A stretch of 32,000 nt of DNA from the NCBI GenBank assembly GCA_963704705.1, contig OY969931.1, forward strand, positions 660,001 through 692,000, read 5' to 3'. Shown here one piece after another: positions 25,965-32,000 of this stretch. A model generated the notes under the pieces. It saw only the letters and a program-made list of their open reading frames with translations. It searched no databases and had not been told where the DNA came from. The first letter of the stretch is position 1, and each line of letters begins with the position of its first letter. Origin of the DNA: an uncultured bacterium. GTDB lineage: Bacteria > Patescibacteriota > Gracilibacteria > UBA1369 > PNNO01. The position numbers were made by a program, and so were the translations under genes.

Positions 25965-27090
25965 TAGTTGTTGGGGCTACACTTTCAGTTTGTTTTACTG
26001 TTCCGGTGTATTTTAACGCCATAAGGGTAATATCATCAAGTTGCTCTGCTTCACCTACGAATTGTGAGAAATCAGTTGCTGCGTGATAAGTAACTCCTTC
26101 AGGACCATATTGTGAAGCGTATTTGCTAATTAATTCTTTTAGGCGATCCAAACCAAACATTTCACCTTGTGTGTTTTGGGCTTCGGTTATGCCATCTGTA
26201 TATAAAACAATCTGATCTCCTATTTCTAATGGCAATTCAAGTTCTTTTACTATTTTACTGTTGTCCGGAGTCATACCAAGTGCAACACCACCGCATTTTA
26301 TACTATCTATTTGGCCTGTTTTAGCACGGTAAACTAGTATATATTCATGACCTGACCCGACATAAGTCATTTTTTGCGTTTTATGATCCCATTTAAGCAT
26401 TACCATGCTCATGAACATTGAAGATTTAATACGCGGTTTTAATTGTTTATTTGTATGAACTACAATATCGTATGTATTTTCGTACATTTCAGCATACGTA
26501 TGAAGTAAGGTATTAACCATCATCATAACAAGAGCAGCCGGTGCTCCATGCCCGGTCACATCCCCAATATAAAAATATGTTGAATCTTTTCCATTAATAT
26601 AATCAAAACTATCTCCTCCAACTTCAACTGCTGGTCGCGTTTTAGTAACAACTTCAAGACCCGGAACAATTGGACTCTGTTTTGGGAATATTGTTTGCTG
26701 AATTTCAGCAGCAACATTAAGTTCAGATGACATTCTCTTTTCTTCTTTTAATTTTTTTGAAATAATTTCAAGATTTTCAGTGGTTTCATTGAAAAATTGG
26801 GCGATTATACCTAGTTCATCTATTCTGTTTGTTTCTATTCTTTTATAACTTTTACCTGTTAATATTAATTTCATTTGTTTTGTAATTTTCTTTAAAGGGC
26901 TGTTTATCAATTTATAAATAAGTAAACTTACTAATAAAAATACAACTGCAAGTCCAATTAAACTGTAAATTAAAGGAAAATTAAGTGGTAAACCCCAATA
27001 ATAATATGCACCGGCACCTATAATCAAACATAATACAAAGAATATAAGTGCAAATCTTCTAGATAAATTTTTTCGGAACCAGACAAACAT
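25954..27090 (-). CDS. SpoIIE/RsbU-type PP2C serine phosphatase with TM segments and HAMP-like region
   Basis: Two TM helices, HAMP-like stretch, then ELNVAAEIQQTIFPKQSP, VGGDSFDYI, YIGDVTGHGAPAALVMMMV, LYTDGITEAQ, QLDDITLMALKY. Confidence 0.9.
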   Translation of the reverse strand: MFVWFRKNLSRRFALIFFVLCLIIGAGAYYYWGLPLNFPLIYSLIGLAVVFLLVSLLIYKLINSPLKKITKQMKLILTGKSYKRIETNRIDELGIIAQFFNETTENLEIISKKLKEEKRMSSELNVAAEIQQTIFPKQSPIVPGLEVVTKTRPAVEVGGDSFDYINGKDSTYFYIGDVTGHGAPAALVMMMVNTLLHTYAEMYENTYDIVVHTNKQLKPRIKSSMFMSMVMLKWDHKTQKMTYVGSGHEYILVYRAKTGQIDSIKCGGVALGMTPDNSKIVKELELPLEIGDQIVLYTDGITEAQNTQGEMFGLDRLKELISKYASQYGPEGVTYHAATDFSQFVGEAEQLDDITLMALKYTGTVKQTESVAPTTNVN

Positions 27091-27092
27091 AT

Positions 27093-27446
27093 TTATATTG
27101 AATTAGCAGCCTCTTCTTCAGAATTAAGACAATTGATCAGCTGGTTTAATCCAACCAGATTAAAAATGTCCATAATTTGTGCAGAAGCATTTATAATAAA
27201 AATCTTTTTGTTTTGTGCGGTAAAACGATTATATACATCAGTAATAAATCCTATACCTTCACTATTAATAAATTTTAATTCAGTTAAATCAAGAATAAGA
27301 TTTGGCAACGTAAACGCCGCTAAAAATTGTTCCATTGATTCTCTGAAATTCGCAACTGAATCACGGTCAATTTCTCCGATTACTTTTATAACCTGATAAT
27401 TTTTTTCAGCATTAGGTTCGTTTGGGGTTAGACTAATTTGCGCCAT
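27093..27446 (-). CDS. STAS-domain anti-sigma factor antagonist-like protein (likely start MAQISL at 27446; track start 27503)
   Basis: YQVIKVIGEIDRDSVANFRESMEQF...LPNLILDLTELKFINSEGIGFITDVYNRF; retains Ser in the (D/N)S-x-G position. Confidence 0.85.
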   Translation of the reverse strand: MAQISLTPNEPNAEKNYQVIKVIGEIDRDSVANFRESMEQFLAAFTLPNLILDLTELKFINSEGIGFITDVYNRFTAQNKKIFIINASAQIMDIFNLVGLNQLINCLNSEEEAANSI

Positions 27447-29829
27447 TATAATTTGGATTAAGATATAATATATCATCAATATTTTGGACTTCTTCGTGCT
27501 CATTTACAAGCTCATATGCATTTCGAAGCTTAATAAGCTCAGATCTGTCAAGTTTATCTAAGTTTTCCGCATCCATATCAACAAGAATATCATTTACATA
27601 TGCTGAAACGCAAATATGTAAGTATCTAAATAGATTTTTCTTAACTGAATCTGGCAGAAGTTCTATTTCATGAGTTATTTTTTCTCTTTTTCTTTCATCT
27701 GAATGAATGAGTGAATCACAAATTACATCTATCCCGACTGTGGAATTCATTTTGCATAGAGCAATCGAAGCAGTAAGACTTTCTTCATCATCTTTCGAAT
27801 AAATATAATCTTTAAGTCTGTTTTTTTCCTGTACAGCTTCAATTTCTCCAACTACATAAAACCCTTTAATACGTTCTAATCTATCATTACTAAATAACAT
27901 TTTTTTCAATTCCTGATATACTTTAATTTTACTTTTAGGATATTTCCATAATGCAATTATTGCGTTTCCTTTGATTTCCGGATTTTCTGAATCAAGATAT
28001 GGGCTTAAATAATGTATTAAATTGATATCATCAAAATGCGCACAAGCAGCAATACAATTTGTTTTAATATTTATATCATCAGATTCCAATAATTGAAGTA
28101 TGAAATCAACTATTTGTTCAGACTGTAATCTGGCAAGAATTTTTATTATTAAAGCTTTGATGTCGTTGTCTTCTTCTATTTCAAATTGCTCTTTTAAAAG
28201 CGCATTGATTCGGTGAAGTGAAAAAAGCCTTTTGGATGATTTCTTTTTGATAACATCAAACTGATTTAAGGCATTTAATGCGGCAATTCTTACTTTTCTG
28301 TTTTTATCATTAATATAATCTAAAATTTCAAGAATTGATTCATGTTCTTTCATATGACCTAAAGTTTCAAGTATTTTCACTTTTACTTTTGGATCAAGAT
28401 GGTTTTCTTTTAATGTTTTTGCAAGTATTTGAGCTGAATTTTTATGTCCTTTTTGCCCTAGCACTTCAATAGCATTTAACTGAAGTATTAAATTTTTTGT
28501 ATGAAGCAGATTTTTAATTGATAAATGACTATATTTATTTTCATTTTTTAGAAGCACTACTAACATCCCAACAGCTATTAAAATCATAAATCCTGTTATA
28601 ATAGTGTTTAAGGAGTTAAATGCATAAGTATATTGAAGTATTAATAAAAATGTCATTCCAATAATTGTTCCGATAGGCTGACTAAATCCTTCAATAATTT
28701 CTCTTGCGTCTTCTCTTGCGTCAGGATTAATTGCATAAAAAGATGTATGATATGCACTTTTTTGAATTATACTTGTCATTTCAAAATTTACTTTTGCAAG
28801 TACTGCAGAAGGAAATCCAAATCTTAATAACATTGCACCCAAACTAAATAATGTAACAACAGGATGAAGCAATAATGATCCAACTACACCTAATGAAGTA
28901 ATAATTCTACTGGCAACCAGTATCTGCATTAATAATGCAAATGAGTAAAAGAATATATTAAGCGTACTTAATCCATGTGTTAATTCTTCTGCCGGGTTAT
29001 GAATACCCGAAGAAATATTATTGTAAACAGCTTTCGTGAATTGAAATTCAAGTAAATGCATAAATATCCATTGCAGTATCATAACAATAAACATGATTTT
29101 TAAAAACGGCATTAACTTAAAGTTTTCTATTAATTTTTTTATTTTTGTAAATTCATTTACATGATTTCCATCTGCTTTTTGTTTTTTTCTAATTAAAGGC
29201 ATTCGTCTTAATATCTTTCTATGGAATAAAATTAATGGTGCAGTTAGTGCTAAACAAATCACTGCAATATTTATCAAATTTGCAACAGGTATAAATGGTG
29301 TTAGAAAAGCCATCAATAGAGCTCCAACTATACCTCCTACAGTTTCAGCTGATTCAATTACCGGAAAAGTTCTTTCGCTTTCTAAAGGCGTGAAAAGATC
29401 TTCAATAAAAGCGGAATTTAATATATACAACTGCGATAAAAATATCGCTAATACTGGTATGCTTATAAATAAAAATAAATAATTACTGAAATTATTTACA
29501 AATAAAGCAATTAATAAAAGAACTGCTCCAATCAACGAAGTATATAGAATCAACTTATCTTTTGGTATTTTATGCAGAATATTTGAGTAAAAATACGCTC
29601 CTGCTATTCTCGAAACAGCATAAATCAAAAAGAAATAAGGTAAATTAAAAATGCCAAAATTAGTTACAAAAAGGGCAATTAGAGAAATCCAGGTAATAAT
29701 ATGAGCTGTCTTATATAAAAATTGTAACATCCACGATAAATTTATACGCGGCCACTCTCCTTCAGTGACATTTATAATTTTATTCAGTATGTGTATTGCA
29801 ATTTTTGTTTTTTCTTTTGTTTCTCCCAA
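27433..29829 (-). CDS. MFS/nucleotide-transporter-like membrane domain fused to C-terminal HEAT repeats; TTG start
   Basis: About 12 hydrophobic segments in the N-terminal half; C-terminal repeats such as SILEILDYINDKNRKVRIAALNAL, DINIKTNCIAACAHF, NPEIKGNAIIALWKY. Start codon is TTG (plus-strand CAA at 27829+2000, i.e. 29827-29829). Confidence 0.75.
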   Translation of the reverse strand: MGETKEKTKIAIHILNKIINVTEGEWPRINLSWMLQFLYKTAHIITWISLIALFVTNFGIFNLPYFFLIYAVSRIAGAYFYSNILHKIPKDKLILYTSLIGAVLLLIALFVNNFSNYLFLFISIPVLAIFLSQLYILNSAFIEDLFTPLESERTFPVIESAETVGGIVGALLMAFLTPFIPVANLINIAVICLALTAPLILFHRKILRRMPLIRKKQKADGNHVNEFTKIKKLIENFKLMPFLKIMFIVMILQWIFMHLLEFQFTKAVYNNISSGIHNPAEELTHGLSTLNIFFYSFALLMQILVASRIITSLGVVGSLLLHPVVTLFSLGAMLLRFGFPSAVLAKVNFEMTSIIQKSAYHTSFYAINPDAREDAREIIEGFSQPIGTIIGMTFLLILQYTYAFNSLNTIITGFMILIAVGMLVVLLKNENKYSHLSIKNLLHTKNLILQLNAIEVLGQKGHKNSAQILAKTLKENHLDPKVKVKILETLGHMKEHESILEILDYINDKNRKVRIAALNALNQFDVIKKKSSKRLFSLHRINALLKEQFEIEEDNDIKALIIKILARLQSEQIVDFILQLLESDDINIKTNCIAACAHFDDINLIHYLSPYLDSENPEIKGNAIIALWKYPKSKIKVYQELKKMLFSNDRLERIKGFYVVGEIEAVQEKNRLKDYIYSKDDEESLTASIALCKMNSTVGIDVICDSLIHSDERKREKITHEIELLPDSVKKNLFRYLHICVSAYVNDILVDMDAENLDKLDRSELIKLRNAYELVNEHEEVQNIDDILYLNPNYNGAN

Positions 29830-29872
29830 TTTTTTGGCGTTATTTATATTAATTCACCATAGTATATTATAC

Positions 29873-29892
29873 AACAAAAAACCTTTTTTGTT
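29873..29892. terminator. A/T hairpin, candidate terminator between the CAP-domain gene and the MFS-HEAT gene
   Basis: AACAAAAAA-CC-TTTTTTGTT. Confidence 0.4.
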
Positions 29893-29914
29893 AAGGATAA
29901 AACAATGGAAAATA

Positions 29915-30664
29915 CTAAAACCAGCCTTTAACTACTTTGATTTCAAATTTATTGGCTATTTTAAGCTGATCTTTGAGTTTTTTTGAACCAACATAAATTA
30001 AAACGTAATAAATACCGATATCTTTAAATTTAATAACATCATCAAATTTATTGTTTTCTAAATTTATAAAACCTTCATTTAATACTTTTTCCGATTCCAA
30101 TGAGAGTTTTACCCTGTAAAATATTTTATTAACATCAGTAAAAGCAAAACCTTTTAATCTTAAACCTTTTTTAAATTTAACCCTATTAGGAATTTTTTTA
30201 TTGAAAATCAAATCTCGCGCAGCAAAATTTTGTGTATAGTAAAAGGTTTGATCTATACTTTTAATGATCCCGATACCAACAGTATTATAGTGTTTATTTA
30301 AAATATTTGCTCTGTGGCCCGGACTGTTCATCAGGCCAATTTCAGCTCTCACAACCGGATTTTTGAATCCTCTTATTTTAGCTAGATTTTCACCTGCAAC
30401 CACATCGGTAATTCTTGCTTTATCTAATCTGTCGAATGGTGTTTGGCCCAATATATTTTCATGTTCAAAATAAGACTTTCTCGCCATATCTTTACTGTGT
30501 TTTCTGGCAACCTCTCTTAAATCCTGTTGCATACGCAATTTTCCCAAGCTATTTCTTTTTCGGTCTTTATTAAGTAATTTAAGCATCTTCCACTCCATTG
30601 TCTTTAATGAACGTGGAAGAAAGATAAATCTAAAAATGTATTTTATATGTTCCCAAAATGTCAT
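29915..30664 (-). CDS. CAP/SCP-domain (YkwD-like) protein
   Basis: MLKLLNKDRKRNSLGKLRMQQDLREVARKHSKDMARKSYFEH...VVAGENLAKI...GLMNSPGHRANILNKHYNTVGIGI...YYTQNFA. Confidence 0.88.
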   Translation of the reverse strand: MTFWEHIKYIFRFIFLPRSLKTMEWKMLKLLNKDRKRNSLGKLRMQQDLREVARKHSKDMARKSYFEHENILGQTPFDRLDKARITDVVAGENLAKIRGFKNPVVRAEIGLMNSPGHRANILNKHYNTVGIGIIKSIDQTFYYTQNFAARDLIFNKKIPNRVKFKKGLRLKGFAFTDVNKIFYRVKLSLESEKVLNEGFINLENNKFDDVIKFKDIGIYYVLIYVGSKKLKDQLKIANKFEIKVVKGWF

Positions 30665-31870
30665 TTAAACATTTTTTAATATATGACCCATTTTTTCTTT
30701 TTTTGTTTGCAGATATTTATGATTTCTTTTATTCGGCGTTATCTCCAGAGGAATCCTTTTGTTTATTTTAAGACCATAACCTTCCAAACCAATAACTTTT
30801 TTTGGATTATTAGTTAAAAGATCAATATTTTGAACTCCCAAATCTACCAATATTTGTGCTCCAATGCCATATTCTCTTAGATCTTCATCAAATCCCAGCA
30901 TTTTATTTGCTTCAACTGTATCGTAACCCTGATCCTGCAAATTATAAGCTTTGATTTTGTTAATCAAGCCGATTCCACGACCTTCATGTCTTAAATAAAC
31001 CAATACACCTGATTTAGATTTCTGAATCAATTCAAGACTTTTAACCAGCTGACTATTACAATCACATCTTAATGATTTAAAAAGATCACCTGTCATACAT
31101 TCGGAATGGACTCGCACTAAAGTAGATTTTTGTTTGTTTATAGATCCTTTTTTAAGTACAACATGTTCTTTATCATTAATAAGATCTTTATAAATAATTA
31201 AATCAAACTCACCATATTCAGTAGGTAATTTAGCTTCGGCTGCCCGTTCTATTAATTTATCAGTTTTCCTTCTGTAAGCTATTAAATCGGCAATTGTTAT
31301 CATTTTAAGATTATGTTTTTGTGCAAATTTAACCAAATCTTTTTGACGAGCCATTTCTCCATCATCGCGCATAATTTCACAAATTGCTGCGCAAGGTTTT
31401 TTACCGGCTAAATTCATTAAATCTATCGCAGCTTCAGTATGGCCGGCTCTCACTAGAACCCCGCCTGCTTTCGAAATTAAAGGAAATATATGTCCGGGTT
31501 TTGAAAAATCTTCTGATTTAGACTTTGGGTTAGCAAGTGTTTTAATGGTAATCGCTCTGTCAGAAGCTGAAATTCCGGTTGTTACACCTTTTTTAGCGTC
31601 AATTGTTACTGTAAAATTACACCTGGTAAATTCTTCATTATTTTCCACCATTAATGGCAGCTTCAATTTTTTTGCTTTTTCATAAGATAGGGGAGCACAG
31701 AGTAAACCGCGTCCTTCTTTAATCATAAAATTGATCTTATCTGCTGTAATATCTTCAGAAGAACAAATAAGATCACCCTCGTTTTCCCGGTCTTTACTAT
31801 CGACTACTATAATAATCTCACCATTTTTTATGGCTTTTATAGCATCCTCGATAGGAGATAATTTATTCAT
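30665..31870 (-). CDS. ribBA: Bifunctional 3,4-dihydroxy-2-butanone-4-phosphate synthase / GTP cyclohydrolase II
   Basis: [111 protein letters not shown]. Confidence 0.97.
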   Translation of the reverse strand: MNKLSPIEDAIKAIKNGEIIIVVDSKDRENEGDLICSSEDITADKINFMIKEGRGLLCAPLSYEKAKKLKLPLMVENNEEFTRCNFTVTIDAKKGVTTGISASDRAITIKTLANPKSKSEDFSKPGHIFPLISKAGGVLVRAGHTEAAIDLMNLAGKKPCAAICEIMRDDGEMARQKDLVKFAQKHNLKMITIADLIAYRRKTDKLIERAAEAKLPTEYGEFDLIIYKDLINDKEHVVLKKGSINKQKSTLVRVHSECMTGDLFKSLRCDCNSQLVKSLELIQKSKSGVLVYLRHEGRGIGLINKIKAYNLQDQGYDTVEANKMLGFDEDLREYGIGAQILVDLGVQNIDLLTNNPKKVIGLEGYGLKINKRIPLEITPNKRNHKYLQTKKEKMGHILKNV

Positions 31871-31872
31871 TA

Positions 31873-32000
31873 TTAAATAGCGTATCTAACAAATTTCTCT
31901 AACTTAATATTTTCACCTATTTTAGTAATTGAATCAGTTAATAATTGTTCAATTGTTATTTCAGGATTTTTAACAAATGGCTGTTGCATCAAAGAAACCT
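31873..32000 (-). CDS. tsf: Elongation factor Ts, C-terminal end (rest outside window)
   Basis: Manual translation of the reverse strand gives [41 protein letters not shown], matching the conserved EF-Ts C-terminus (QPFVKDP...GENI...RF.R). Absent from the supplied ORF track. Confidence 0.85.
   Translation of the reverse strand, partial: VSLMQQPFVKNPEITIEQLLTDSITKIGENIKLEKFVRYAI

Noticed and set aside
29830-29914. 73-aa plus-strand ORF 29765-29986
   Set aside because: Spans the intergenic region and the antisense of two supported genes; hydrophobic translation of AT-rich DNA without domain similarity.

Overview
AT-rich, gene-dense chromosomal segment with no phage or transposon machinery recognised. 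The gene content loosely resembles candidate-phylum (CPR/Patescibacteria-like) genomes, but I cannot assign taxonomy. Core genes: valS (5'-truncated), dtd, glyQS, pgsA, ftsB/divIC-like, murC, cysS, yggT-like, ilvE, queA, ribBA, the 3' end of tsf, and two CAT-anticodon tRNAs (one clearly initiator). Main find at 20.07-24.95 kb: a tightly packed + strand cluster of a branched-chain aminotransferase; a signal-peptide/PKD/7TM membrane protein of the type normally fused to inactive transglutaminase; and one 798-aa protein that appears to fuse a RimK-like ATP-grasp amidoligase, a retropepsin-like domain (MDSG) and a DUF1704/MATCAP-like zincin domain (HEIETH, QEGLA). This looks like a peptide ligase plus two proteases in one chain. 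Other notable items: a 69-bp tandem repeat that supplies the stop codon of a large surface protein; a partner-switching-type operon (HEAT/MFS, STAS, SpoIIE-type phosphatase, QueA); a sigma-region-4 + HARE-HTH regulator; an orphan OmpR-family regulator with a degenerate receiver; a CI-like regulator with an apparently dead S24-like domain beside operator-like palindromes; a coupling-ATPase/LCP/DsbA-lipoprotein cluster; and a general lack of Shine-Dalgarno-like leaders. All family assignments are from motif recognition only; no database search was run.
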